Positions 1 through 10,031 of a stretch of 64,000 nucleotides of DNA are shown piece after piece; within the stretch, counting starts at the first letter, position 1; the number at the start of each line of letters is the position of its first letter. Position numbers and translations under genes: made by a program. This DNA comes from Chitinophaga pinensis (GTDB lineage Bacteria > Bacteroidota > Bacteroidia > NS11-12g > UBA955). A model generated the notes under the pieces. The model was given only the letters and a program-made list of their open reading frames with translations, did no database searches and was not told the origin of the DNA. The stretch spans positions 34,559 to 98,558 of the forward strand of contig CAMBFD010000001.1 in assembly GCA_945865625.1 (NCBI GenBank), in the 5' to 3' direction.

Positions 1-38
1 CATCAAATTTGTTTAATTTGCAATAAATATTAGATACC

Positions 39-158
39 ATGAAAATTGCAAAGTTAATCGTCGTTGTTGGAATTGCCACTCTTTTTATCGCTTCTTGCGG
101 AACTTCTCGTAAAAATCAATGTCCTTCATTGGGTGCTAAAACCTACAAAACCCGTTAA
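39..158 (+). CDS. Small putative lipoprotein (39 aa; MKIAKLIVVVGIATLFIASCGTSRKNQCPSLGAKTYKTR). It is below the size cutoff of the ORF track.
   Basis: ATG at 39 and TAA at 156-158. Hydrophobic signal peptide ends in a lipobox-like IASC. Short basic mature peptide with a second Cys. No homology assessed. Confidence 0.3.
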   Translation: MKIAKLIVVVGIATLFIASCGTSRKNQCPSLGAKTYKTR

Positions 159-167
159 TCGCTGATT

Positions 168-506
168 ATGAATGTAAAATGGAAAACGTTAAATTCCATT
201 GATCAACTTCAGGAAATTATTCAATCTTCTGAAGTTAAACCGGCTGTTTTGTTTAAACATTCAACGCGTTGTTCTATTAGTACAATGGCAATGAATCGTT
301 TGCAAAACTTAGAAGATACATTTTACGATAAAGTAGATTTTTATTACTTAGATTTAATTGCTTTCAGAGATGTTTCAAATGCAATTGCATCAAAACTCGA
401 TGTTTACCATGAATCACCTCAAGTTATTTTTGTGAAAAAAGGTGAGTGTATCTACGATGCTTCACACATGGAAATTTCCCCAAAAGAACTTTACGAGTTC
501 TTATAA
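168..506 (+). CDS. ytxJ: Bacillithiol system thioredoxin-like protein YtxJ (DUF2847 family)
   Basis: 112 aa. Thioredoxin-like motif KHSTRCSIS (TCPIS-type monothiol). Size and layout typical of YtxJ. Confidence 0.55.
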   Translation: MNVKWKTLNSIDQLQEIIQSSEVKPAVLFKHSTRCSISTMAMNRLQNLEDTFYDKVDFYYLDLIAFRDVSNAIASKLDVYHESPQVIFVKKGECIYDASHMEISPKELYEFL

Positions 507-509
507 TCA

Positions 510-908
510 ATGAAAAATATTTTTAAAGTTGGCGATGTTATGCATTTGCAACATTTAGTTGTGGATTCTGATTTAGCCACCTTTAATGACGAAAATATCC
601 ATCCTTTTTTTAGCACGTTTGCTCTTGGTAGAGAAGCCGAATGGGTTTGCCGTAAGTTTGTCTTACAAATGAAAGATGCGGATGAAGAAGGCATTGGTAC
701 TTTTTTAAATATTCGACATCTTTCACCTGCGTTTTTAGGAGATACCGTCGAATTTATTGCAACTGTAAGTGTTTTGGAGGGACATAGAATCGATTGCTCC
801 TTTGAAGCGAGAGTAGGAGATAGGATGGTTGCTGAAGGTGAACAAGGACAAAAAATCCTTAAGAAAGAGAAAGTAGAACGATTGATTCAACAGGTGAAGA
901 ATGGCTAA
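510..908 (+). CDS. Hotdog-fold thioesterase family protein
   Basis: 132 aa. Resembles small acyl-CoA thioesterase superfamily proteins. Translationally adjacent to the ytxJ homolog and smpB. Confidence 0.45.
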   Translation: MKNIFKVGDVMHLQHLVVDSDLATFNDENIHPFFSTFALGREAEWVCRKFVLQMKDADEEGIGTFLNIRHLSPAFLGDTVEFIATVSVLEGHRIDCSFEARVGDRMVAEGEQGQKILKKEKVERLIQQVKNG

Positions 909-1353
909 AAAAGTTAAAAAAATTGAGATATTAAACAAGCGTGCTGGGTTTAATTTTCATATAGAAGACAAATACGAAGCCGGTATTCAGTTGGTTGGAA
1001 CAGAGGTGAAATCTATTCGGAATAACTCTGTAAATATGGGCGATGCTTATTGCTCAATGTACGCTGGCGAATTATTCTTGAAGAATATGCATATCTCCGA
1101 GTTTAGTTTTGCGAGTTATAACAGTCACGTTCCAATGCGCGATCGTAAATTACTCCTGAATAAAAAAGAATTGCGGAAAATTGAAATGAAAATTAAATCA
1201 AAAGGGTTTACAGTTTTTCCAATTCGCTTGTATGAAAATGAACGAGGGCTGTTTAAAATTGAAATCGGTTTGGGTCAAGGTAAGAAAACCTTCGATAAAC
1301 GCGATGATTTAAAGGCCAAGGATATCGCGAGAGACATTCAGCGATACATATAA
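901..1353 (+). CDS. smpB: SsrA-binding protein SmpB
   Basis: 150 aa. Conserved N-terminus KKIEILNKRAGFNFHIEDKYEAGIQLVGTEVKSIR and a basic C-terminal tail typical of SmpB. Confidence 0.9.
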   Translation: MAKKVKKIEILNKRAGFNFHIEDKYEAGIQLVGTEVKSIRNNSVNMGDAYCSMYAGELFLKNMHISEFSFASYNSHVPMRDRKLLLNKKELRKIEMKIKSKGFTVFPIRLYENERGLFKIEIGLGQGKKTFDKRDDLKAKDIARDIQRYI

Positions 1354-2661
1354 TTAAAGAATCATCATTCGACTGTGTAATTGATTGTTTACAATTACAA
1401 AATAAATTCCAGGTGTTAAGCGAGAAATATTGATTGTTGTTTGATTTAAATTGATCCCATTGTTCTTCGTGAAAATGACTTTTGAAAACTGATCCAATAT
1501 TTTTACATCTTTGATATTTTCTGAATGTTTCACAATTAATTCTGTAGCGTTTTGAATCAAAATGGTTTTGATTTTATTCGGTGTTTGGATTTTGGGGATA
1601 TTTAAAACACTAAATACTTGAGAGAACGAATCGGTTCCACAAGCATTTTTAACCTTCAAATAAAGTTTAGAATTTGCCAATAATTTAATTGTGCCTAATT
1701 GGTATCCGGTTGCAAGATGTTTTACTTTTGAATTTTCTAATAAATACCAATTGTAATCACCACGAGGATCTATTTTTGTTGCAGTTGCAGATACACTAAA
1801 GGTATCACCAATTCTGCTCGATGTAAAAGTGAATTCAGTGGGCACCTTGCATGTGTCATGTTTCCAAATATTTAAGCTATCGAATAGAATTCTTTGTGAA
1901 TTTCTTGCAATAATTTTGTGATCGTCAGAAGTTACCGGACCTACAAAGCAATTCGACTTTAGGCTTTTGTGAAAAATGGTTTGATAAATTGTGACCGCCG
2001 CAAGGTGCGTCCCTTCATACGATGGATGACTGCCATCTCCTTGGTAAAGATTCATTTGAGAAGAATCTCTAGCAGCCTTCCAAACTGAATTTACAGGAGC
2101 TACCCAAGCATAATTATCTATTGCCATTTGGATGTATCTATCGTGAAGCAATTGATGCATTCCTTTAAAAGTACAAACTGGAGGCCAATTCACACAATTT
2201 TGAGCATCGCCATTTTGCCTGCCCCAAGTTGAATAAAATACGATTCGGGCAAACGGATTGTTTGCTCGAGCACTGTCTACCAATGTTTTTGCATATGGGT
2301 AGCAATCGCTTTCTACCTGACTTAATGGAAAGGATGGCAGTTGACTTTGTTCTTGCAACACAACTGCATCATAATTTTTTTGCTGAAATAAATTGGTCAC
2401 TAGAGGGTCGTTTGAATGTCCAGAAAACGTTCTTCCACCTGGTGTATATGCAATGACATCAAAAGTATCACCCTGGCTTTCACCAATTAATCGTAACCAA
2501 TTTGGCAAATCATTCACTGCGGTATAGCTATTGCCAATGAATAAAATGGATTTAATTTTTGCGTTTTGTGCAAATAATTGCCCCTGGTTCACTAAAATAT
2601 TTGCAATGATCGCCATTGAAAATAGTAAACTTTTAACGATATAAGAATAGATTTTTTTCAT
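1354..2661 (-). CDS. Secreted T9SS cargo protein: SGNH/DUF4886-like hydrolase domain plus C-terminal T9SS (Por) sorting domain
   Basis: N-terminal signal peptide. IGNSYT motif (SGNH-like GDS(x) block). C-terminus ...ISRLTPGIYFVIVNN... typical of type-A T9SS sorting domains. Confidence 0.55.
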   Translation of the reverse strand: MKKIYSYIVKSLLFSMAIIANILVNQGQLFAQNAKIKSILFIGNSYTAVNDLPNWLRLIGESQGDTFDVIAYTPGGRTFSGHSNDPLVTNLFQQKNYDAVVLQEQSQLPSFPLSQVESDCYPYAKTLVDSARANNPFARIVFYSTWGRQNGDAQNCVNWPPVCTFKGMHQLLHDRYIQMAIDNYAWVAPVNSVWKAARDSSQMNLYQGDGSHPSYEGTHLAAVTIYQTIFHKSLKSNCFVGPVTSDDHKIIARNSQRILFDSLNIWKHDTCKVPTEFTFTSSRIGDTFSVSATATKIDPRGDYNWYLLENSKVKHLATGYQLGTIKLLANSKLYLKVKNACGTDSFSQVFSVLNIPKIQTPNKIKTILIQNATELIVKHSENIKDVKILDQFSKVIFTKNNGINLNQTTINISRLTPGIYFVIVNNQLHSRMMIL

Positions 2662-2664
2662 GGG

Positions 2665-4248
2665 TTATTTAGATATGAATTCTATACATTGAACGTTTGA
2701 ATTGATGATTTTTTTTAATTTATCTGCTGATAATGGGTTCTTCATAGCAATATGAGATAACTGAAAGAATTTACACAAATCGGCAAATTGATATGATTGG
2801 GGTGTTTCTATGAATGGTATCAATTTTGGTTCCCCTGAAGGACCATTGATCCAACTGAAAATTTGTCCACCACCATTATTGATAACAATGATTTTTAAAT
2901 TTTGAGGGAAGTGATTCGTCCACATGGCGTTAGAGTCATATAAAAATGAAATGTCGCCCAAAATGCAAATATTCTGTTTGTCAGGATTTGCAAGTGCAAA
3001 ACCCACAGCAGTGCTTAAACTTCCATCGATGCCACTGGTGCCTCGGTTGCAATAAATTTCCGACTTCGATTGTCCCACCCAAGAAGCATAGCGAATACTC
3101 ATAGAATTTCCGAAATGCAATACTGGAGAATCTTCATCCAAATCCATGATGGTTTTTACCAATAGATACTCAGATAAATAGTTGCTTGATAATTTTGATG
3201 TATTGGCGAGATATCCAAGATTTCCCCATAGGGTTAGGTAATCAGTATTTTCTGCACTATGCAGGTACAATGCTGTTAAAAAATCGGCATCGTGGTGATA
3301 AAGAATGGTAGGATTTGTTTGAAACGGATCTCCTACAGTTCCAGATTCACAAACATGAATGTGTTTGGGTTTATATTTTCTTAAAATTGTTTTTAATGGT
3401 TTACTGATGGTGGCCATTCCAATAGTGACAAGAATTTCAGGAACTAAATTCTCGGGAAAATCATTTGAACTGAGGGCTAAATCCCAATTTTGAATTCCAA
3501 ATTCAATTTGATGACTGCAAATATCTGTGAGAACTGGAATTTTATGTTGCAATAAAGACAGTGCTTCCGATAGTGATTGTGAAGGATGATGTTGCCCAAC
3601 AAGAACCAATATTTTGGAGGTTGTTTGGGGTATGGTTTCAAGAATAATTTCTGGAGTTACAGGTTTTTGGGTATTGTGTTTGAATATAAATGGTTGGCTC
3701 GGTTCAATGGAATGAAATGGATCAGATAATCCTTGATAAATTGGATCTTCAAGAGAAATATTGATATGAGTTGGTCCCGTCTTTGGAAAAAGTGAGGTTT
3801 CAACGGCCGCATAAATGGTTTTTTCGAGGGATATTTGATCGATTGAATGTCCCTCAATTTGAAAAAAATCTAAACAATGCGGTTGAAATAGGTTTTGTTG
3901 ATGAATGGTTTGCCCGTCCCATTGGTCGATTAAATTAGCTGGTCGATCTGCAGTAAGAACAATAAGGGGAGTTCTTTGGTAGAAGGCTTCGCAAACGGCT
4001 GGGTATAAATTAATTGCAGCTGTGCCAGAAGTGCAAATAACACCGGCTGGATATTGATTTTCTAGCGACATTCCTAGGGCAGCAAAAGCAGCAGCACGTT
4101 CATCAGGAAAACTATGTAAGGTAAATTGTCCATGTCGCAAGAAACTCGCCACAATGGGTGCATTTCTAGAGCCAGGACTAACGGCCCATTGGGTAATTCC
4201 AGCTTCGTAAAAAAGGGTTGCAATGAAGTCTAAATTTTCTCGAAGCAT
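2665..4248 (-). CDS. menD: 2-succinyl-5-enolpyruvyl-6-hydroxy-3-cyclohexene-1-carboxylate synthase (MenD, ThDP-dependent)
   Basis: 527 aa. N-terminus FYEAGITQWAVSPGSRNAPIV. ThDP-binding GDISFLYDSN...NNGGGQIF motif. Confidence 0.85.
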   Translation of the reverse strand: MLRENLDFIATLFYEAGITQWAVSPGSRNAPIVASFLRHGQFTLHSFPDERAAAFAALGMSLENQYPAGVICTSGTAAINLYPAVCEAFYQRTPLIVLTADRPANLIDQWDGQTIHQQNLFQPHCLDFFQIEGHSIDQISLEKTIYAAVETSLFPKTGPTHINISLEDPIYQGLSDPFHSIEPSQPFIFKHNTQKPVTPEIILETIPQTTSKILVLVGQHHPSQSLSEALSLLQHKIPVLTDICSHQIEFGIQNWDLALSSNDFPENLVPEILVTIGMATISKPLKTILRKYKPKHIHVCESGTVGDPFQTNPTILYHHDADFLTALYLHSAENTDYLTLWGNLGYLANTSKLSSNYLSEYLLVKTIMDLDEDSPVLHFGNSMSIRYASWVGQSKSEIYCNRGTSGIDGSLSTAVGFALANPDKQNICILGDISFLYDSNAMWTNHFPQNLKIIVINNGGGQIFSWINGPSGEPKLIPFIETPQSYQFADLCKFFQLSHIAMKNPLSADKLKKIINSNVQCIEFISK

Positions 4249-4259
4249 TGTGTGAGTAA

Positions 4260-4898
4260 TTAAATGAAAAATGGGTTCTGTGATTTTTCAGATTCTACGG
4301 TTGTATCGATTCCGTGACCTGGATAAAGAACATAATCATTTGGCAAACTGAAAATTTCGGATCTAATTTTTTCTAGAAGCAGTTCATGGTTTCCACCTGG
4401 TAGGTCTGTTCTACCAATACTTCCTTGAAAAATAGTATCGCCAACCACCACAAAATGATCTTTGTGGTTCACGAAAATCACATGACCAGGAGCATGTCCA
4501 GGTACGAAACGAACTTCAAATTTGTCATTTCCTACAGAAATAATATCTTGATGGTTTAAATGGTGATCTGGTAGGGGTGATGGTGTATAGTTGAGGTTCC
4601 AAAGTGCAGCCATGGTTTCACTTCTATCAATCATAATGATATCATCTTGATGGAGGTAGTAAGGGATATTGTATTCTTGTTTGATCCACCAATTTCCAAA
4701 AATATGGTCAATATGAGCATGGGTTCCAAGAAGAAATTTCGGTTTAAGGTTTAATTTTTCGATAAATGATTTAACCTGGAGATTATCATTTGAATCGTAA
4801 TTTCCGGCATCAACAATTACACATTCAAGGGTATCTTCACACCAAGCGATGTATGTGTTTTCTTCGAGTGGATTGAAGGTGAAACGGTGTAGTTTCAT
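4260..4898 (-). CDS. MBL-fold metallo-hydrolase (glyoxalase II-like)
   Basis: 212 aa. HAHIDH metal-binding motif and downstream His/Asp ligands. Confidence 0.8.
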   Translation of the reverse strand: MKLHRFTFNPLEENTYIAWCEDTLECVIVDAGNYDSNDNLQVKSFIEKLNLKPKFLLGTHAHIDHIFGNWWIKQEYNIPYYLHQDDIIMIDRSETMAALWNLNYTPSPLPDHHLNHQDIISVGNDKFEVRFVPGHAPGHVIFVNHKDHFVVVGDTIFQGSIGRTDLPGGNHELLLEKIRSEIFSLPNDYVLYPGHGIDTTVESEKSQNPFFI

Positions 4899-4959
4899 AT
4901 AAATACAAAGGTAATGAAATAGAATTGTAAGTTTATATTTAGAGGGATAAATTAGGGCA

Positions 4960-4995
4960 TTGGCAAAAAAAAAGCCCCTTAAAAGGGGCTTTTGA
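4960..4995 (-). terminator. Rho-independent terminator hairpin downstream of lpdA
   Basis: AAAAGCCCCTT-AAAA-GGGGCTTTT stem-loop with an A/T run. On the minus strand it is followed by a U-run. Confidence 0.5.
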
Positions 4996-5015
4996 TATTT
5001 GAGATATTGTTTAGA

Positions 5016-6404
5016 TTATAAATGGATACATTCGTCGTAAGCTTGCGCTACGGCTTCCATTACAGCTTCACTCATTGTTGGATGTGGATGGATAGATTTT
5101 AAGATTTCATGACCAGTTGTTTCAAGATTTCTTGCAACAACAGCTTCAATAATGATATCTGTTACACCTTCACCAACCATGTGGCAACCCAACCATTCTC
5201 CGTATTTCTTATCGAAGATTACTTTAACAAAGCCATCTTTAGCACCGCTAGCAGCAGCCTTTCCGCTTGCGCTGAAAGGAAACTTACCTATGCGAATTTC
5301 GTAGCCTTTTTCTTTAGCTTGAGCTTCAGTTAAACCAACACTTGCAACTTCAGGGTGGGTATAAGTACAACCTGGGATATTTCCATAGTTTAAAGCTTCA
5401 GGGTGGTGTCCAGCAATTGCTTCAACACAAATGATACCTTCGGCACTCGCTACGTGAGCCAATGCAGGGCCAGGTACGATATCACCAATGGCATAAACGC
5501 CAGGAGCAGAAGTATGATAGAATTCATCAACAACTACTTTACCTTTATCGGTTTTGATACCCATTTCTTCAAGGCCAAGGTTTTCAAGATTTGTTTGAAC
5601 TCCTGCAGCACTTAAAACGATATCACATTCGAGTTTTTCTTCTCCAGTTTTTGTTTTCACTGTTACAATACAACGATCGCCAACTACATTAACTTTTTCA
5701 ACGCTACTTTCGGTCATTAAAGTAATGCCTTTTTTCTTATAGATTGTAGCCATTGATTTAGAAACGTCTTCATCTTCTATTGGAAGAATGCGGTTCATAA
5801 ATTCAACGATAGTTACTTTTGTACCAATTGTATTATAGAAATATGCGAACTCCATACCAATAGCACCAGAACCAATGATAACCATTTCTTTAGGTTGTTT
5901 TGGCAATACCATTGCTTCGCGGTACCCAATTACGTGAGTTCCGTCCATTTTTACGTTAGGAAGTTCACGTGAACGTGTACCAGTAGCCAAAATGGTATGG
6001 TCAGCTTCAATAATTGAAGTTACACCTGCGGCATCGGTCACAGAAATTTTACCTTTACCTGCTAATTTAGCAGTTCCTTTGATGACTTCAATTTTATTCT
6101 TTTTCATCAAGAAGGCAATTCCTTTACTCATTCCATCAGCAACACCTCGGCTACGTTTGATCATGCCATCGAAGTCAGATTTGAAATCACCAACGGTAAT
6201 TCCATAATCAGCTGCGTGGTTGATATAATCAAAAACTTGGGCACTTTTTATAAGTGCTTTGGTTGGAATACAACCCCAGTTTAAACAAACACCGCCCAAG
6301 TCGGCTTTTTCGATGATGGCAACTTTTTTGCCTAACTGAGAAGCGCGGATGGCAGCTACGTAACCACCAGGTCCACTTCCGATGACAGCTATATCAAATT
6401 TCAT
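5016..6404 (-). CDS. lpdA: Dihydrolipoyl dehydrogenase (E3)
   Basis: 462 aa. FAD motif GSGPGGYVAA and redox-active disulfide GGVCLNWGCIPTK. Confidence 0.9.
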   Translation of the reverse strand: MKFDIAVIGSGPGGYVAAIRASQLGKKVAIIEKADLGGVCLNWGCIPTKALIKSAQVFDYINHAADYGITVGDFKSDFDGMIKRSRGVADGMSKGIAFLMKKNKIEVIKGTAKLAGKGKISVTDAAGVTSIIEADHTILATGTRSRELPNVKMDGTHVIGYREAMVLPKQPKEMVIIGSGAIGMEFAYFYNTIGTKVTIVEFMNRILPIEDEDVSKSMATIYKKKGITLMTESSVEKVNVVGDRCIVTVKTKTGEEKLECDIVLSAAGVQTNLENLGLEEMGIKTDKGKVVVDEFYHTSAPGVYAIGDIVPGPALAHVASAEGIICVEAIAGHHPEALNYGNIPGCTYTHPEVASVGLTEAQAKEKGYEIRIGKFPFSASGKAAASGAKDGFVKVIFDKKYGEWLGCHMVGEGVTDIIIEAVVARNLETTGHEILKSIHPHPTMSEAVMEAVAQAYDECIHL

Positions 6405-6437
6405 GGTTATTTATGTTTTTGCGAATATAAGTTATTT

Positions 6438-8255
6438 TTATCCAAGTAAGGCTTTACTGCCCGCACGTTTACGTTCGTTTTCGTCAAGGATGATTTTTCT
6501 CAAACGAATATTCTCAGGTGTTACTTCTACATATTCATCCTCTTGAATGTATTCCATTGCCTCTTCTAAATTGAATTCTTTAGGTGGCGCCAAAACTGTA
6601 TTGTCGTCTTTTCCCGCAGCACGGAAGTTTGTCATTTGTTTTGCTGTGCACAAATTCAAAACCAAATCACCTGGTTTAATGTGTTCACCAACAATTTGGC
6701 CAGTGTAAATATCAGCACCAGGATGAATGAAGTAATTTCCGCGGTCTTTTAATTTATCCATACTATACCCAGTCGAAAATCCTTTTTCTTTAGAAATCAT
6801 AACTCCATTGATACGGGTTGGCATAGTTCCTTTCCAAGGTTCAAATGCTTTAAAGCGATGCGCCATAATGGCCTCACCTTGAGTGGCTGTAAGTAAGTTG
6901 TTTCTTAATCCCATCAAACCTCTTGAAGGAATTTCAAACTCTAATCTTACCATATCACCTTTAGGCACCATACTCAACATTTCGCCTTTGCGTTGGCTCA
7001 CATATTCAATCACTTTGCCACTGTGGTGTTCAGGTACGTCAACAGTTAAAATTTCAATTGGTTCATGTTTTTTGCCATCAATTTCTTTCAAAATAACACG
7101 TGGTTGACCTACTTGTAACTCGTAACCTTCTCTACGCATTGTTTCAACCAGAACGCCTAAGTGAAGAATACCCCTTCCAAAAACTAAGAATTGGTCTGCA
7201 CTGTTCGTGTCTTCTACTCTCAATGCCAAGTTTTTCTCAGTTTCTTTGTATAAACGCTCACGAATTTTTTGCGAAGTAACATGCTTTCCTTCTTTACCAA
7301 AGAAAGGAGAGTTGTTAATGGCAAACAACATACTCATTGTTGGCTCATCAATTTTCATTGTTGGCAATGCTTCTGGGTTTTCAAAATCGGCAATAGTATC
7401 GCCAATTTCAAAGTTTTCAATTCCTGTAATTGCGCAAATGTCTCCCGAAAAAACTTCTGCAGTTTTTAATTTACCAAGCCCGCTAAAGGTATAAAGTTCT
7501 TTAACACGTTGACGCTCAAGTTTTCCATCTCTTTTTACCAAAGTAATAGGCATGTTTTCTTTTAAATGTCCGCGTTTCAATCTACCAACGGCAATACGAC
7601 CGGTATAACTACTGAAATCTAAACTTGTAATTTGTAATTGAACTGTTCCTTCTTCAACGATAGGAGCAGGAATTACATCAATAATTGTATCCATCAAGAA
7701 AGATAAATCTTCCGTTGGGGTTCTAAAATCTGGTCCAAACCAACCATTTTTACCTGACCCGAAAACGGTTGTAAAATCCAATTGATCTTCGTTTGCTTCT
7801 AAATTGAAAAACAAATCGAAAATATCGTCATGGGTTTTGTCAGGATCACAGTTTGGTTTGTCTACTTTGTTAATTACAACAATCGGTTTTTTACCAAGAG
7901 CAAGTGCTTTTTGCAAAACAAATCGGGTTTGAGGCATTGGGCCTTCAAATGCATCAACTAGGAGCAATACACCATCACACATGTTTAACACACGCTCAAC
8001 CTCACCACCAAAATCGGCGTGACCAGGAGTGTCAATGATGTTGATTTTTGTATCTTTCCAAATAACACTCACGTTTTTAGCAAGAATGGTAATACCACGC
8101 TCACGCTCTAAATCGTTACTGTCGAGAATTAATTCTCCAACTTCTTGATTCTCACGAAAAAGTTGGGCTTGGTGAAGCATTTTGTCAACCAAAGTAGTTT
8201 TACCGTGGTCAACGTGTGCAATGATTGCAATGTTGCGCAGTGAAGACATGTTCAA
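6438..8255 (-). CDS. typA: Translational GTPase TypA/BipA
   Basis: 605 aa. G1 motif AHVDHGKTTL plus EF-G-like domain architecture. Confidence 0.9.
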   Translation of the reverse strand: MNMSSLRNIAIIAHVDHGKTTLVDKMLHQAQLFRENQEVGELILDSNDLERERGITILAKNVSVIWKDTKINIIDTPGHADFGGEVERVLNMCDGVLLLVDAFEGPMPQTRFVLQKALALGKKPIVVINKVDKPNCDPDKTHDDIFDLFFNLEANEDQLDFTTVFGSGKNGWFGPDFRTPTEDLSFLMDTIIDVIPAPIVEEGTVQLQITSLDFSSYTGRIAVGRLKRGHLKENMPITLVKRDGKLERQRVKELYTFSGLGKLKTAEVFSGDICAITGIENFEIGDTIADFENPEALPTMKIDEPTMSMLFAINNSPFFGKEGKHVTSQKIRERLYKETEKNLALRVEDTNSADQFLVFGRGILHLGVLVETMRREGYELQVGQPRVILKEIDGKKHEPIEILTVDVPEHHSGKVIEYVSQRKGEMLSMVPKGDMVRLEFEIPSRGLMGLRNNLLTATQGEAIMAHRFKAFEPWKGTMPTRINGVMISKEKGFSTGYSMDKLKDRGNYFIHPGADIYTGQIVGEHIKPGDLVLNLCTAKQMTNFRAAGKDDNTVLAPPKEFNLEEAMEYIQEDEYVEVTPENIRLRKIILDENERKRAGSKALLG

Positions 8256-8365
8256 ATTAAAAATTGCGCAAATTTCGTGAATTTATATCATAACTCAATC
8301 TTTTTTAAGAATAATAATAAAAAAACAATAGTTATTTATCTTATTTGCTATTATTGTAATTCGCT

Positions 8366-9424
8366 ATGAATTTTATACCTTTTCGCTATATCATTTCATT
8401 ATTGCCAGCCGCTTCTGTGGCAGTTTCGTTTCAATCGCAAGGAATTATGACATGGTTTGCAGCGTTTTTTGTATTTGGTATCATTCCAATTCTCGAACTA
8501 ATTTTAAATCATGGTGGCAAATTTGGGAAAGACGATTTGTCTCAGAATGCAGTGAATCATAAAATGTATGATTTGGTCATTTATGCGGTGGTGCCCATTC
8601 ATTTGTTTTTTGTTTATTGGTATATTACCGATGCACATGCATCAATCAATCATTCTTACTTAGAGTTATTTGGAAAAGCTTTTGCTATGGGAATCATGTG
8701 TGGCACGTACGGAATTAATGTTGCCCATGAACTTGGTCATAGGCAAAATTGGCTAGATCAGTTTTTAGCGAAATTGCTGCTTTTAACCTCTTGTTATATG
8801 CAGTTTTTTATAGAACATAATCGAGGCCATCATAAATATGTTGGAACTCCTGAAGATCCTTCCTCCGGGCGCTACAACGAACCCATTTATTCGTTTTGGT
8901 TCAGGTCTATGTTTTTTGTATGGATTTCGGCGTGGAATTTAGAGTTCGAAAGGTTAAAACGATTGAAGTTGCCTAAATTTCATCCCTCAAATCAAATGTT
9001 GCAATTTCAGGGATTTCAGTTGTTGTTTTTAGGGGGGATTTATTATTTTGAGGGACTTGAGGTAGCAATATTGATGTGGCTCTCTGCTTTTATTGGTGCC
9101 ATTCTATTAGAAACCATAAATTACATTGAACATTATGGATTGGTAAGAAGAAAAACGGAAACGGGTATGTATGAAATTGTAACGGAAAAACATTCATGGA
9201 ATTCCAATCACATTATCGGTAGATTGTTGTTGTTTGAATTGTCGCGGCATTCCGACCATCATGCCAAATCGACCAAGAAATACCAAGAACTAAGGAGTAT
9301 TGAAAATGCTCCACAAATGCCAACAGGGTATCCTGGAATGATGGTTTTGAGTTTAATTTACCCTTTGTGGGTTAAAGTGATGAATCCTTTGGTGAAAAAA
9401 TTCAATTCAGAAAATGGACATTAA
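8366..9424 (+). CDS. alkB: Alkane 1-monooxygenase (AlkB-type integral-membrane diiron hydroxylase)
   Basis: 352 aa. His boxes HELGHR, EHNRGHH and LSRHSDHH. AlkB signature NYIEHYGL. Multiple TM helices. Confidence 0.7.
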   Translation: MNFIPFRYIISLLPAASVAVSFQSQGIMTWFAAFFVFGIIPILELILNHGGKFGKDDLSQNAVNHKMYDLVIYAVVPIHLFFVYWYITDAHASINHSYLELFGKAFAMGIMCGTYGINVAHELGHRQNWLDQFLAKLLLLTSCYMQFFIEHNRGHHKYVGTPEDPSSGRYNEPIYSFWFRSMFFVWISAWNLEFERLKRLKLPKFHPSNQMLQFQGFQLLFLGGIYYFEGLEVAILMWLSAFIGAILLETINYIEHYGLVRRKTETGMYEIVTEKHSWNSNHIIGRLLLFELSRHSDHHAKSTKKYQELRSIENAPQMPTGYPGMMVLSLIYPLWVKVMNPLVKKFNSENGH

Positions 9425-9427
9425 ACG

Positions 9428-9970
9428 TTAAATTGTTTTTTGCATCCAAACCAAATCGAGCCAGCGGTCAAATTTATAACCTACTTCGTTCATTCTTCCT
9501 ACAATTTCAAATCCAAATTGTTTGTGAAATTCGATGCTGTTTTGGTTGCTCGCATCAATGCCTCCAATGAGAACATGAACATTGTTTTTGGTTGCTAAAT
9601 CGATTAGTTCAGTGAGTAATACTTTGCCAATTCCTTGTTTTTGAAATTCAGGATGAATGTAAATTGAATGCTCCATAGAAAATCGATAACCAACCTTAGG
9701 TCGGTATTGGGCATAACTCGCATAGCCCAAAATTTTGTCGCCATCTTTTGCCACAATCACAGGATAGTTTTGATTCAATTGGTTTTCAAACCACAATAAT
9801 TGTGCCTCTAAAGTGCGTTTTTCGATGTCATAAATGCATGTTTCATGAACAATATTATGATTTACAATTTCTAAAATTTGAGGGATGTCGGCTATAGTTG
9901 CTTCAACGATTTGAACCTTAGACATACTGCGAAGGTAATGAATACAATTTAATGAAACTTCAATTTGCAA
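9428..9970 (-). CDS. GNAT family N-acetyltransferase (phosphinothricin acetyltransferase-like)
   Basis: 180 aa. Acetyl-CoA binding QKQGIGKVLL motif. Confidence 0.75.
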   Translation of the reverse strand: MQIEVSLNCIHYLRSMSKVQIVEATIADIPQILEIVNHNIVHETCIYDIEKRTLEAQLLWFENQLNQNYPVIVAKDGDKILGYASYAQYRPKVGYRFSMEHSIYIHPEFQKQGIGKVLLTELIDLATKNNVHVLIGGIDASNQNSIEFHKQFGFEIVGRMNEVGYKFDRWLDLVWMQKTI

Positions 9971-10015
9971 ATTCTATAGCCTAAACAAATCTTACCTTAT
10001 CTAAACCCATTTTAT

Positions 10016-10023
10016 TACCTTTG
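10016..10023 (+). promoter_or_regulatory. Bacteroidota-type -7 promoter element (TACCTTTG = TAnnTTTG) upstream of prfC
   Basis: Matches TAnnTTTG 9 nt upstream of the ATG at 10032. Confidence 0.25.
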
Positions 10024-10031
10024 CATTCCTT

